Shown: positions 42,595-56,716 of the stretch, piece after piece
Layout of the letters: the number at the start of each line of letters is the position of its first letter
Position numbering within the stretch: the first letter of the stretch is position 1
Source of the DNA: Anaeromyxobacteraceae bacterium
Lineage (GTDB): Bacteria > Myxococcota > Myxococcia > Myxococcales > Anaeromyxobacteraceae
Direction: 5' to 3'
DNA: 64,000 bases
NCBI GenBank assembly: GCA_032654565.1
Contig: JAULAX010000011.1
Location: 33,824-97,823 of the forward strand
Notes under the pieces: model-generated
Databases searched by the model: none
What the model was told of the DNA's origin: nothing
What the model saw: only the letters and a program-made list of their open reading frames with translations
Position numbers and translations under genes: made by a program

Positions 42595-43827
42595 TCAACG
42601 TCCGCGAGATGGGCTTTCTTCGGCTGGATCCGGGGCCTTGGCACCGTCGGCGAGCAGGCCGGCGCGCTCCTTGGCGGCCAGCACCCGCCGCACGCTCTCG
42701 TCGAGACGGGGTCCCAGCTCGGGGCGGTCGCGCAGCAGCGCCAGCAGCACCGCCCTGGGGTCGGGGAGCCCCGGCCACTCGCAGGGGGCGGTGGTGAGCA
42801 GCAGGTCGTTGCCGGCCAGGAAGGCGCGGCGCCAGAGCTCGGCGGCGTCGCCGCCGGTGGCCTCGAGCAGGGAGGGCACGGCGAGATCGTCGGTGACGGT
42901 GAGGAAGCCGGAGAGGTGGGCCCTTGCCACCAGCTCCGGCGAGAGGATGGCCGGGACCCCGCCGTAGGCGGTGAAGGCGACGTTGGCCAGCATGACGCCG
43001 GCCAGCACCTCGCCGGCCGAGACGAAGGCGGCCTGGTGGCGGGCGATCTCCTGGGCGGAGCGGTCCAGCCGCAGGAGGGCCTTGTCGCTGGAGCCCTGGG
43101 CCGGGCCGTAGCCGGGGTAGTGCTTGCCGATGGGGAGGATGCCGGCCGAGGCCAGCCCCTTGGCGAAGGCGCGGGCCAGCCGGGCCACCCGGACCGGGTC
43201 GTCGCCGAGCGAGCGGCCGGTCTCGGCCATGAACCCGGTCGAGGCCAGGTCGAGCACCGGCCCCAGGCTCGTGTTGACGCCGAGTGAAACGAGGTCGAGC
43301 CCGGCGCGCCGCCCCCAGGCCTCGGCCTCCCAGCCGCCCTCCTCGCCCATGGCCCGGGCCGAGGGGAAGGCGGCCAGGGTGGGCAGCCCGCGGAGCCGGT
43401 TCAGCTCGCCGCCCTCGAGATCGACCGCGACCAACAGGGGGAGCTCGGCGCGCCGCTGCAGCGCCTCGACCCGGGCCCGCAGCGTCGACGGGTCCCGCAG
43501 CGACTTGCCGAGGAGGATGACGCCCCCTTGCCGGATGGGCCCATCACCGGTCGGAGGGAAGGCCACCACCAGCTGCGCCACCTTCTCCGCGATGGTGAGG
43601 CGGGCCAGGGCGCGCTCCACGGCCGGCGAGGCCGGTGGGGCCGGTGGGGCGGGCGGGCGCGGCGGCCTGGCCGGGGCCTCCGCGGCGGCGGCCGGGAGGC
43701 CGGGCGTGGGGGTCGGCGCCGGGGGCGCGCCGGCGCAGCCGAGCCAGGCGGCGGCCAGCGCGGCGAGCCGCCGCGGCGCGTGGAGCGCGACGGGGCGGTG
43801 TCCGGAGGCGGCGAGGGCGCGGCGCAC
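42595..43827 (-). CDS. Glycoside hydrolase family 3 N-terminal domain protein, probable lipoprotein
   Basis: AVDLEGG, GPVLDL, RSLG, KHYPGYG, VTDDL; lipobox-like WLGC; start uncertain. Confidence 0.82.
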   Translation of the reverse strand: MRRALAASGHRPVALHAPRRLAALAAAWLGCAGAPPAPTPTPGLPAAAAEAPARPPRPPAPPAPPASPAVERALARLTIAEKVAQLVVAFPPTGDGPIRQGGVILLGKSLRDPSTLRARVEALQRRAELPLLVAVDLEGGELNRLRGLPTLAAFPSARAMGEEGGWEAEAWGRRAGLDLVSLGVNTSLGPVLDLASTGFMAETGRSLGDDPVRVARLARAFAKGLASAGILPIGKHYPGYGPAQGSSDKALLRLDRSAQEIARHQAAFVSAGEVLAGVMLANVAFTAYGGVPAILSPELVARAHLSGFLTVTDDLAVPSLLEATGGDAAELWRRAFLAGNDLLLTTAPCEWPGLPDPRAVLLALLRDRPELGPRLDESVRRVLAAKERAGLLADGAKAPDPAEESPSRGR

Positions 43828-43886
43828 GGACCCGAGTGAAGCCCGGCCCGGCCCGCGGAGCAAGGGAACTGCTCTAGACTGCCGGC

Positions 43887-45293
43887 GTGGAGTCCCACCT
43901 GGTCCAGTTCGCCCGGCTGCTCCGGCGCAACGGCGTCCGCGTCTCGACCGCGGAGGTGGGGGACGCCGTGGCGGCGGCGGCGCTGACCGGGGTGGGGGAG
44001 CGCGCCGGGCTGCGGGCGGCGCTGCGGGCCACCCTGGTGAAGCGGGCCGCCGACGTGCCCACCTACGAGGCGCTCTTCGACCTCCACTTCTCGGCGCTGG
44101 GGCGCACCGTCGAGGCGGCCGAGCGGTCGCTGCTCGACCGGATCCGCGAGGCCGGGCTGCTCACCGGGGACGAGCTGGAGATGGTGATCCGGCAGCTGGG
44201 CCGGGCCGCGGTGGCCATGGGGCCGCTGGGGCAGGCGGTGCTCTCCGGCGACCGGCTGGCGCTGCAGCGGCTGCTGCGCGCCGCCTCGCTGCGCATCGAG
44301 CTGCCGCTGCTGCTCGAGGCCCACGGCGGCTTCGCGGCGCGGCGGCTGCTGCAGGAGGCCGGCGGGGATGGGCTGGCCGCCGACCTGGCCGCCGCCGAGG
44401 CGGCGCTGCGCGGCGGCGGGCTCGACCCGGGCACGCTCGACGTCCTCTCCGGGGCGCTGCGCGAGGCCTTCGCCGGGGTGGAGCGGGCGGCGCGCGGGTT
44501 CGCCGAGGCCGAGCTGACCCAGCGCCAGCGGTCGGGGCGCGCCGACGCGCTGCCGGCGCCGGGGGCCGCCCCCTTCTCGCCCGCCGAGGCGCGGCGGGTG
44601 GAGCAGGCGGTGCGGCGGCTGGCGGAGCGGCTCAAGGCCCGGCTGGAGCGGCGGCAGCGGGCCACCCGGCGGGGGGCGCTGGCGGTGCGCCGGACCCTGC
44701 GGCTCAACCTGGCGCTCGACGGCGTGCCGGCCCGGCTGGCCTTCCGCGACCGGCGCCGGGAGCGGACCGATCTGGTCATCCTCTGCGACGTCTCGCAGTC
44801 GATGCGCCACGTCTCCCGGCTCATGCTCCTCTTCCTCGGCATCCTCCACGGCCGGGCCCGGCGGGCCCGCACCTTCATCTTCGTCTCCGAGCTGGGGGAG
44901 GTGACCGAGCAGCTGCGCCGCGCCCAGGAGCCGTGGCAGGCCGCCGAGGTGGCGGTGGCCTCGCGGGTCATCCCCATGCTCGGCAACTCCGACTACGGCC
45001 GGGCCCTCACCCTCTTCCACCGCCACCACCTGGCCGCCGTGACCCGCCGGACCACGGTCATCGTCATCGGCGACGGCCGCACCAACTACGCGCCGCCCCA
45101 GGCCTGGGTGCTCGACGAGGTGCGCCGCCGCGCCCGCCGCCTGCTCTGGATCTGCCCCGAGCCGCGCCAGCGCTGGGAGCTGGGCGACGGGGAGATGGCC
45201 CGCTACGCCGCCTGCTGCGACCGGGTGGCGGTGGTCACCAGCCTGGCCGAGCTGGAGGGCGTGGCCGAGGCGCTGCTGCCGCGGGCCAGGTAG
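43887..45293 (+). CDS. CoxE-like vWA domain protein
   Basis: FARLLRRNGVRVSTAE N-terminus, LCDVSQSM MIDAS, SDYG, IGDGRTNY. Confidence 0.88.
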   Translation: MESHLVQFARLLRRNGVRVSTAEVGDAVAAAALTGVGERAGLRAALRATLVKRAADVPTYEALFDLHFSALGRTVEAAERSLLDRIREAGLLTGDELEMVIRQLGRAAVAMGPLGQAVLSGDRLALQRLLRAASLRIELPLLLEAHGGFAARRLLQEAGGDGLAADLAAAEAALRGGGLDPGTLDVLSGALREAFAGVERAARGFAEAELTQRQRSGRADALPAPGAAPFSPAEARRVEQAVRRLAERLKARLERRQRATRRGALAVRRTLRLNLALDGVPARLAFRDRRRERTDLVILCDVSQSMRHVSRLMLLFLGILHGRARRARTFIFVSELGEVTEQLRRAQEPWQAAEVAVASRVIPMLGNSDYGRALTLFHRHHLAAVTRRTTVIVIGDGRTNYAPPQAWVLDEVRRRARRLLWICPEPRQRWELGDGEMARYAACCDRVAVVTSLAELEGVAEALLPRAR

Positions 45294-45313
45294 CGCGGAC
45301 CGTGCCGCGCGCC

Positions 45314-45342
45314 TTGACGCGCCTGCCCTCGTTCCATAGGTT
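45314..45342 (+). promoter_or_regulatory. Sigma70-type promoter of miaB
   Basis: TTGACG-17 nt-TAGGTT, 9 nt before GTG 45352. Confidence 0.65.
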
Positions 45343-45351
45343 GCCGCCGCC

Positions 45352-46782
45352 GTGAACGACCTCGTCCAGCCCGCCAGCGCGGGTCCCGCCGCCGCGACGC
45401 CCACCCCGGAGCCCGGCGCCGCGGGCGCCGGGACGGCGCGACGGAAGGTCTTCGTCCACACCTTCGGCTGCCAGATGAACGTCTCCGACTCCGACCGCAT
45501 GGTCGAGCTGCTGGGGCGCCACGCCTGGGTGCGCGCCGAGAGCGCCGACGAGGCCGACCTCATCCTCCTCAACACCTGCGCCATCCGGGACAAGGCCGAG
45601 CAGAAGCTGCTCTCGGCGCTGGGGCGCTACCGGGAGGTCAAGGCCCGCCACGGCGCCCTCATCGCCGTGGCCGGCTGCGTGGCCCAGCAGGAGAAGGAGC
45701 GGCTGCTGCGGCTGGTGCCGGCCATCGACTTCGTCTTCGGCCCCGACAACCTGGACCGGCTGCCGGAGCTGCTGGCGCGGGCGGCCGGGCGCGAGCGGTT
45801 CGCCGAGACCGGCTGGAGGGTCGGCGAGGCCTACCGCTTCCCCCGCGCCGAGCCGGCGGCGGCGCGCGGGCGGGCCACCGCCTTCGTCACCGCCATGAAG
45901 GGGTGCGACAACGTCTGCGCCTTCTGCGTGGTGCCCCACACCCGGGGGCGCGAGGTCTCCCGGCCGGTCGACGAGATCCTCGCCGAGTGCGCGGCGCTGG
46001 CCGAGGTGGGGGTCCGGGAGGTCACCCTGGTCGGGCAGAACGTCAACTCCTACCGCGGCGGCGCCACCTTCGCGGCGCTGCTGCGCCGGGTCGCCGCCGT
46101 CCCCGGCCTGGCCCGGATCCGCTTCGTCACCAGCCACCCGCACGACCTCTCCGACGAGCTGGTGGAGGTCTTCGCCGAAGTGCCGAAGGTGATGGGCTGC
46201 TTCCACCTGCCGGTGCAGTCCGGCTCCGACCCGGTGCTGGCGCGGATGCGGCGCGACTACACGGTGGCGGAGTTCATGGCCCGCCACGACGCCCTGGTGG
46301 CGGCGCGCCCCGGCCTCGCCGTCACCACCGACTTCATCGTCGGCTTCCCCGGCGAGACCGAGGCCGACTTCGAGGCCTCGCTGGCGCTGCTGCGCCGGGC
46401 CCGCTTCGACAACTCCTTCTCCTTCACCTTCAGCCCGCGCCCCCACACCCTGGCCCAGCGCCGGCTGGGGAGCGCCCCGGAGTGGGCCGAGGTGCCGCGC
46501 GCGGTGGCCGAGGCGCGGCTGGGCCGGCTGCTGGCGGCGCAGCGGGGCATCACCGCCGAGGGGCTGCGGGCCGAGCTGGGACGCGAGGTGGAGATCCTGG
46601 TGGAGGGGACCGGCGACGACGGCCAGCGGCGGCAGGGACGGACGCCGGAGAACCGGCTGGTGCACGTGGCCGCCACCGCGGCCGAGGCGCCGGTGGGGGC
46701 GCTGCTGCGGGTCAAGGTGGTGCGGGCCGGCCAGGCCTCCCTCACCGGCGAGCTGCTGGGGCCGGCCGGGGAGGGGCGGTGA
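45352..46782 (+). CDS. miaB: tRNA-2-methylthio-N6-dimethylallyladenosine synthase
   Basis: TFGCQMNVSDS, NTCAIRDKAEQK, GCDNVCAFC, GQNVN, HLPVQSGS, C-terminal TRAM. Confidence 0.95.
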   Translation: MNDLVQPASAGPAAATPTPEPGAAGAGTARRKVFVHTFGCQMNVSDSDRMVELLGRHAWVRAESADEADLILLNTCAIRDKAEQKLLSALGRYREVKARHGALIAVAGCVAQQEKERLLRLVPAIDFVFGPDNLDRLPELLARAAGRERFAETGWRVGEAYRFPRAEPAAARGRATAFVTAMKGCDNVCAFCVVPHTRGREVSRPVDEILAECAALAEVGVREVTLVGQNVNSYRGGATFAALLRRVAAVPGLARIRFVTSHPHDLSDELVEVFAEVPKVMGCFHLPVQSGSDPVLARMRRDYTVAEFMARHDALVAARPGLAVTTDFIVGFPGETEADFEASLALLRRARFDNSFSFTFSPRPHTLAQRRLGSAPEWAEVPRAVAEARLGRLLAAQRGITAEGLRAELGREVEILVEGTGDDGQRRQGRTPENRLVHVAATAAEAPVGALLRVKVVRAGQASLTGELLGPAGEGR

Positions 46783-47219
46783 GCGGGTCCACCCCGCCGG
46801 ATCCCGGGGTCGAGCCGCTGGAGGCGCCGCCCCCGCGCTGGTGGCTGGCCCTCTACTGGCTGCTGCCGGCCATCGCCTACGCGGCGCTCATCTTCTACCT
46901 CTCCAGCCAGCCCAACCCGCTGCCGCTGCTCTCGACCCGCCTCGGCGACAAGCTGCTCCACCTCGTCGAGTACGCCGCCTTCGCCGTGGTGGCCACCTGG
47001 GGCATCTCCCACCTGACCCGGCTGCCGGGGGCGGCCTGGTGGGCGGCGATCATCGGCTCGCTCTACGGGGCCACCGACGAGTTCCACCAGCGCTTCGTGC
47101 CGCGCCGCTCCGCCGACGTGGCCGACTGGGCGGCCGACACCGTGGGGGCGGCGCTGGGCTCGCTGCTGGCGTGGCTCATCTTGCGACGCTGGAGGGCGCG
47201 GGCTAGCATCCGCCGCTGA
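46779..47219 (+). CDS. VanZ family membrane protein
   Basis: 3' part of ORF 45903..47219; DKLLHLVEY, DEFHQRFVPRR, DWAADTVG. Confidence 0.88.
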   Translation: MSGSTPPDPGVEPLEAPPPRWWLALYWLLPAIAYAALIFYLSSQPNPLPLLSTRLGDKLLHLVEYAAFAVVATWGISHLTRLPGAAWWAAIIGSLYGATDEFHQRFVPRRSADVADWAADTVGAALGSLLAWLILRRWRARASIRR

Positions 47220-47747
47220 ATGGCTGAGATCAGGGCGTTCGACGGCAAGACCCCGCGCATCGATCCGACCGTCTTCCTGGCCACCAGCTGCGTGGTGGTC
47301 GGCGACGTCGAGCTCGGACCCGGAGCCTCGATCTGGTACGGGGCGGTGGTGCGCGGCGACGTCAACTCGATCCGCATCGGGGCCCGCACCAACATCCAGG
47401 ACCTGGCGGTGGTCCACGTCACCGGCGGCACCCACCCCACCGTCATCGGCGACGACGTCACCGTCGGCCACCAGGCCGTCCTCCACGGCTGCACCGTGAA
47501 GGATCGCTGCCTCATCGGCATCGGCGCCATCGTCCTCGACGGCGCGGTGGTCGGCGAGGAGGCCATGGTGGGGGCCGGGGCGCTGGTGCCGCCGGGCATG
47601 GTGGTCCCGCCCCGCTCGCTGGTGATGGGGGCGCCGGCGCGGGTGAGGCGCTCGCTGGACGACGCCGACGTGGCCGGCCTGCGGGCCTCGGCGGCCCACT
47701 ACGTCGACTACGCCGCGCGGGCCCGCGCCGAGGGGCGTTCGCCATGA
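47220..47747 (+). CDS. Gamma carbonic anhydrase family (YrdA-like) hexapeptide-repeat protein
   Basis: VRGDVNSIRIG, NIQD, TVGHQAVLHGC. Confidence 0.92.
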   Translation: MAEIRAFDGKTPRIDPTVFLATSCVVVGDVELGPGASIWYGAVVRGDVNSIRIGARTNIQDLAVVHVTGGTHPTVIGDDVTVGHQAVLHGCTVKDRCLIGIGAIVLDGAVVGEEAMVGAGALVPPGMVVPPRSLVMGAPARVRRSLDDADVAGLRASAAHYVDYAARARAEGRSP

Positions 47748-48208
47748 CCGTCATCGAGGCGCTGCAGCGCTGCCCGCTCTTCAAGGAGTTCACCGAGACC
47801 GGGATCCGCATCTTCGCCGCCATCGCCGTGGAGAAGGCCGTCGAGGCCGGGGCGCCGCTCTTCGCCGAGGGGATGACCGGCGAGTCGCTCTTCATCATCC
47901 GCAGCGGGCAGGTCCGGGTCACGCAGAAGGACGCCAAGGGGGACCGCGAGCTGGCGGTGCTGGGGCCCGGCGAGCACCTCGGCGCCCTCGGGCTGCTGGC
48001 CCGGAGCACGCGGCTGGTCTCGACGGTGGCCGTCACCTCCTGCGAGGTCATCGAGCTGACCCAGCGCGACTTCGCGCGGCTGCAGCCGCAGAAGCCGCAG
48101 GCCTGCCTCAAGCTGGCCCTGGCCATCGCCGCCGAGCTGGCGGGGCGGGCCGGCGAGAACCGCGAGCTGCTGCGCGAGCTGGCCGCCCGCAAGCCCGCCG
48201 GCGACTGA
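47744..48208 (+). CDS. Cyclic nucleotide-binding domain protein
   Basis: LFAEG..GESLFII.SG.V, LGPGEHLG; ATGA overlap. Confidence 0.82.
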   Translation: MTVIEALQRCPLFKEFTETGIRIFAAIAVEKAVEAGAPLFAEGMTGESLFIIRSGQVRVTQKDAKGDRELAVLGPGEHLGALGLLARSTRLVSTVAVTSCEVIELTQRDFARLQPQKPQACLKLALAIAAELAGRAGENRELLRELAARKPAGD

Positions 48209-48302
48209 CCTCGGCGGTGACCTCGTCGGGCATCCGGCGGGGCACCGGGAGGGCACTCGTAGGGCTGGACTCCGGCCGGCTTGGCGGCGAGTATCCCGAC
48301 CC

Positions 48303-48968
48303 ATGCTCGAGCGACTCGTCGACATGCTGTCCGGCCACGGCCTCCATGTCGGCTACGCCGCCGTCTTCGGGGTGCTGGTGCTCTGCGGCTTCGGCCTGCC
48401 CATGCCCGAGGACATCGTCCTGGTCACCGGCGGGGTGCTGGCCTGGATGGGCAGCGACATGGAGGTGGTCACCATCCGCTCCATGCTCTCCCACCCCGGC
48501 CTGCACGTCATGGCGGGGTTCGGCCTGGGCGGCATCCTGGTGGGCGACTCGGTCATCTTCTGGGCCGGCCGCAAGCTCGGCGCCCACGTCGCCGAGTTCC
48601 CGGCGCTGCGCCGCTTCATCACCCCGGAGCGCCTCTCCCAGGCCGAGGAGCTGATCCGGCGGCGCGGCAACGTGGTGGTGATGATCGCCCGCTTCCTCCC
48701 CGGGCTGCGGGCCCCCACCTACTTCACCGTGGGCCACTCGAAGCTCCCCTACTGGGAGTTCCTGCTCTTCGACGGGGTGGCGGCGGCGGTCTCGGCGCCG
48801 CTCTGGGTCTGCCTCGGCTTCTACTTCGGCTCGAACATCGGCGAGGCGGCCCGCCACGCCGCCCGCTTCGGGAACTACATCCTGGCGGCGGTGCTGGTGC
48901 TGGTGGCCGGGCTGGGCATTCGCTGGTGGCTCAAGCGCCGCGGTGAGAAGGGGCTCCCGCTGCCCTGA
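48303..48968 (+). CDS. DedA family membrane protein
   Basis: GLPMPED, GDSVIFWAGR, ARFLPGLR. Confidence 0.92.
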   Translation: MLERLVDMLSGHGLHVGYAAVFGVLVLCGFGLPMPEDIVLVTGGVLAWMGSDMEVVTIRSMLSHPGLHVMAGFGLGGILVGDSVIFWAGRKLGAHVAEFPALRRFITPERLSQAEELIRRRGNVVVMIARFLPGLRAPTYFTVGHSKLPYWEFLLFDGVAAAVSAPLWVCLGFYFGSNIGEAARHAARFGNYILAAVLVLVAGLGIRWWLKRRGEKGLPLP

Positions 48969-49016
48969 GGCGGGTCTCCGGCCGCCGCCGCGGCGGGGCG
49001 CGACCGCCGGCGGTCC

Positions 49017-51344
<2,328 letters not shown>

Positions 51345-51423
51345 CGGGGGCGGATTATTGGGGCCACAGGCCGCCGCCCGCAACCCGAAAGGCGAGTGAG
51401 GACGCGCTTCTGCCTCGCCTTGA

Positions 51424-52917
<1,494 letters not shown>

Positions 52918-52936
52918 CCGTCGGCCGGGGGACCAC

Positions 52937-54493
52937 GTGGACATCCACTCCGAGAAGATCCTCATCCTCGACTTCGGGTCGCAGTACACCCAGCTCATCG
53001 CCCGCCGGGTGCGCGAGCTGGGCGTCTACTGCGAGATCCACCCCTGCACCATGAAGCCGGAGGCCATGCGGGCCTTCGCCCCGCGCGGGGTGATCCTCTC
53101 CGGCGGGCCGGCCTCGGTCACCGCCGAGGGCAGCCCGCGCCCCGATCCGCTGGTCTTCGCGCTGGGCGTGCCGGTGCTGGGGATCTGCTACGGCCTGCAG
53201 CTCATGGCCCACCTGCTGGGCGGCCGGGTCGGCAAGGCCCACCACCGCGAGTTCGGCCCGGCCAGCATCGAGGTGGGCGCCGCCTCGGCCCTCTTCGCCG
53301 GCCTGCCCGGGAAGCTCGACGTCTGGATGAGCCACGGCGACGGCGTCGAGGCCATCCCGGCCGGCTTCCAGCCCATCGCCTCGACCCCCAGCGCCCCCTT
53401 CGCGGCCATCGAGGACCGCCAGCGCCGCTTCTTCGCCGTGCAGTTCCACCCCGAGGTGGTCCACTCGCCGCGCGGCAAGGAGCTGCTCTGGAACTTCGCC
53501 CACGGGGTCTGCGGCTGCTCCGGGGCCTGGTCGATGCGCGGCTACGTGGAGATCGCCATCGAGCAGATCCGCGCCCAGGTGAAGGACGGCCACGTCATCT
53601 GCGCCCTCTCCGGCGGCGTCGACTCTGCGGTGGCGGCGCTGCTGGTGCACCGGGCCATCGGCGACAAGCTCCACTGCATCTTCGTGGACAACGGGGTGCT
53701 GCGCGAGGGGGAGCGGGCCCAGGTGGAGGAGGTCTTCGGCAGGATGTTCCACCTGCCGCTGATCACCGTGGACGCCTCGAAGCGCTTCCTCGACCGGCTG
53801 GCCGGGATCACCGACCCGGAGCAGAAGCGCAAGATCATCGGCGGCGAGTTCATCGCCGTCTTCGAGGAGGAGGTGGAGCGGCTGGCCACCACCGGGGAGC
53901 GGGCCCGCTTCCTGGTGCAGGGGACGCTCTACCCGGACGTCATCGAGTCGGTCTCCTTCAAGGGGCCGTCGGCCACCATCAAGAGCCACCACAACGTGGG
54001 AGGCCTGCCGGAGCGGATGAAGCTCTCGCTGGTGGAGCCGCTCCGCGAGCTCTTCAAGGACGAGGTGCGGCGGCTGGGGCTGGAGCTGGGGCTGCCGGCG
54101 CCCATCGTGCAGCGCCAGCCCTTCCCGGGGCCGGGGCTGGCCATCCGGGTGCTCGGCGAGGTGACCGAGGCGAAGCTGGCGGTGGTGCGCAAGGCCGACC
54201 TCATCGTCCAGGAGGAGATCCGCGCCGCCGGCCTGCAGGAGAAGCTCTGGCAGGGGTTCGCCGTGCTGCTGCCGGTCAAGTCGGTGGGGGTGATGGGGGA
54301 CGAGCGGACCTACGAGGCCACCTGCGCCATCCGGGCCATCGAGTCCACCGACGGCATGACCGGCGACTGGGCCCGGCTCCCCTACGACCTGCTGGGGCGC
54401 ATGTCCTCGCGCATCATCAACGAGGTCCGGGGCATCAACCGGGTGGTCTACGACATCTCCTCCAAGCCCCCGGCCACCATCGAGTGGGAGTAG
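52937..54493 (+). CDS. guaA: GMP synthase (glutamine-hydrolysing)
   Basis: [42 protein letters not shown]. Confidence 0.98.
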   Translation: MDIHSEKILILDFGSQYTQLIARRVRELGVYCEIHPCTMKPEAMRAFAPRGVILSGGPASVTAEGSPRPDPLVFALGVPVLGICYGLQLMAHLLGGRVGKAHHREFGPASIEVGAASALFAGLPGKLDVWMSHGDGVEAIPAGFQPIASTPSAPFAAIEDRQRRFFAVQFHPEVVHSPRGKELLWNFAHGVCGCSGAWSMRGYVEIAIEQIRAQVKDGHVICALSGGVDSAVAALLVHRAIGDKLHCIFVDNGVLREGERAQVEEVFGRMFHLPLITVDASKRFLDRLAGITDPEQKRKIIGGEFIAVFEEEVERLATTGERARFLVQGTLYPDVIESVSFKGPSATIKSHHNVGGLPERMKLSLVEPLRELFKDEVRRLGLELGLPAPIVQRQPFPGPGLAIRVLGEVTEAKLAVVRKADLIVQEEIRAAGLQEKLWQGFAVLLPVKSVGVMGDERTYEATCAIRAIESTDGMTGDWARLPYDLLGRMSSRIINEVRGINRVVYDISSKPPATIEWE

Positions 54494-54572
54494 GTCGCAC
54501 CCCGACGCGGGCTCCCTGTATCTCGCCGGACCGATTCGGGGCTAGAATCACGGCCTCACGGAGGCCACCTCG

Positions 54573-56636
54573 ATGACGCGACGCTCCCGCCGCCTCGCTC
54601 CGCTCGCGCTCGTCGCGCTGGCCGCCCTGTCCGGCTGCCAGGACTACAACTTCAGCCCGGTCAACCAGTGCCTGATCCAGCCCGGCACCGAGCGGGTGAC
54701 GCTCTCCGACACCTCCACCGCCGACATCCTCTTCGTGGTCGACGACTCCGGCTCGATGGGCGGCGAGCAGCGGTCGCTGCAGCAGAGCTTCAGCGCCTTC
54801 GTCACCAACCTGCGCTCCACCAACCTGGTCCGGGTGCAGAACGGCCTCGAGCCCATCGACTTCCACATCGCCATCACCACCACCTCGGTCTTCCAGAACC
54901 AGCCCGCCGACGACCTGGGCCGGACCTACGTGTGCGCCGCCGGCTGCGCCGGGACGGCCGGCCTGGCCTGCTGCAACGGCGGCACCCGGCCGCTGCTGGC
55001 CATGCGCCCCTGCCAGGTGAACGCCGACTGCGTGGCGCCGGGCGGCCCCTGGACCTGCCAGGCCAAGGACCTGCAGTTCGCCCCGGAGAAGACCTGCGTC
55101 GACGCCACCGGCAGGCTGCTCGAGGAGCCGGTGGCCTGCACCTCGCCGGGGCAGGCCTGCGGCGTGCTGCAGCGGCGCTACGCCTACCGCCACGGCCCCC
55201 GCTCCTGCGTCCCGGCCCCGGTCGGGGCCGCCACCTCCCCCGACTGCCGCGCCCCCTACGACGCCGCCTGCAAGTCCGGCTGCAGCGGCGCCCCGGCCGG
55301 CGGCACCTACTGCTGCGACGCCAGCAACGCCGTCGACCTGCTCCAGGGCAACCCGGGCGTCTCCGCCGGCGAGTACACGCTCTACCCGCGCGGCGACTTC
55401 GTGAAGGCGCTCGACGCCACCGCCCCGGTCGGCCCGAAGCCGAGGGTCATCCACTTCGACAAGGACCTCTTCTGCAGGCGGACCGATCCCGCCAGGTGCG
55501 ACTGCACCGGGGCCGGGGCCCTCACCACCTGCGATCCGCCGGTGGTGAACGACCTCGAGCTCACCAGGCGCATCGACTGGTTCAAGGCCAACGTCGCCGT
55601 GGGCACCTTCGGCTCCAGCCAGGAGCAGGGGCTGGAGGCGGCGCGCCGGGCGGTGAAGAAGGCGCTGCGGCTGGACGGCCTCTCGCAGCCGGCCGACGTG
55701 TTGCCCGCCGAGTGGCCGCACCCGAAGTCGAAGCTGGTGCTGGTCTGGGTGGGCGACGAGGACGACTGCTCCTCGCCCGAGGACGCCTCCCGGGGTGTCC
55801 TCTTCTCCCCCACCGTGGACACCTGCGCCAACGACGGCGACCTCCCGGCGGCGGCGCAGAAGCGGTTCTCGCTCGACGAGTTCGCCAGCTTCTTCGGCTC
55901 GCTCGACCGGCCGCTGGCCACCGGCTTCATCGTCTCAGCCACCGGGGTCCCCCCGTCCGGCGTCAACACCAACGACTGCGCCGACGCCTCCTGCCAGCCC
56001 AACCTCTGCGTCGATCCCTCCTGCCTGAGCGGGCCCGGGCTCTGCGGCGGGCAGGCGGCGGGGATCCGCTACCTGGAGCTGGCCTCCACCTTCACCTCCA
56101 AGGGGTCTGACGTGGTGGCCGGGTCGATCTGCTCCAGGGCCACGGCGACCACCGCCCCCGACTTCTCCTCCATCCTCGACCGGGTGGCCGAGGTGGTGAA
56201 GCAGCCGAACGGCCTGCAGCTCCCCACCCAGCCGGCCACCGCCGCGCTCACCATCCTGCGCATCGTCGGCACCGACGGCGGGACCCGGAAGACCTGCTCG
56301 GCCCCGGCGCCGGTCGGGACCACCACCGTGGCCGATCCGGTCACCGGCAAGGTGCTGAACGACTATGACTGGTGGTTCACCGACGGCAACGACCTGCACA
56401 GCCAGGTCCCGACCGGCGCCAGCCGCTTCATCTACATCAACCGCGCGGTCCTGCGCTGCACCGCCAACCCCGGCGAGACCTACTCCGCCGACTACCTCGG
56501 GCTGGTGCCGGTGGGCGGCTGCGACTCAGCGGTCGACTGCGAGGTGGCCCTGGGGGTCCGCAAGACGCCCTGGGTCTGCCAGAAGGAAGCCGGCGCGCCG
56601 ATCGGGAGCAGGGGCACCTGCCTCTGCGGCGGCTGA
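54573..56636 (+). CDS. Cys-rich vWA-domain lipoprotein (CglB-like)
   Basis: Lipobox LSGC; DILFVVDDSGSM MIDAS; EQG and VGDEDD; many Cys; SD GGAGG. Confidence 0.75.
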   Translation: MTRRSRRLAPLALVALAALSGCQDYNFSPVNQCLIQPGTERVTLSDTSTADILFVVDDSGSMGGEQRSLQQSFSAFVTNLRSTNLVRVQNGLEPIDFHIAITTTSVFQNQPADDLGRTYVCAAGCAGTAGLACCNGGTRPLLAMRPCQVNADCVAPGGPWTCQAKDLQFAPEKTCVDATGRLLEEPVACTSPGQACGVLQRRYAYRHGPRSCVPAPVGAATSPDCRAPYDAACKSGCSGAPAGGTYCCDASNAVDLLQGNPGVSAGEYTLYPRGDFVKALDATAPVGPKPRVIHFDKDLFCRRTDPARCDCTGAGALTTCDPPVVNDLELTRRIDWFKANVAVGTFGSSQEQGLEAARRAVKKALRLDGLSQPADVLPAEWPHPKSKLVLVWVGDEDDCSSPEDASRGVLFSPTVDTCANDGDLPAAAQKRFSLDEFASFFGSLDRPLATGFIVSATGVPPSGVNTNDCADASCQPNLCVDPSCLSGPGLCGGQAAGIRYLELASTFTSKGSDVVAGSICSRATATTAPDFSSILDRVAEVVKQPNGLQLPTQPATAALTILRIVGTDGGTRKTCSAPAPVGTTTVADPVTGKVLNDYDWWFTDGNDLHSQVPTGASRFIYINRAVLRCTANPGETYSADYLGLVPVGGCDSAVDCEVALGVRKTPWVCQKEAGAPIGSRGTCLCGG

Positions 56637-56716
56637 CGCGCCGCATCAGGAAAAGGATGGTCCTCGGCTGCTGGAAGTAGGTGCAGGTCCGACTGGAACG
56701 GGTCACAGTAGGGACC

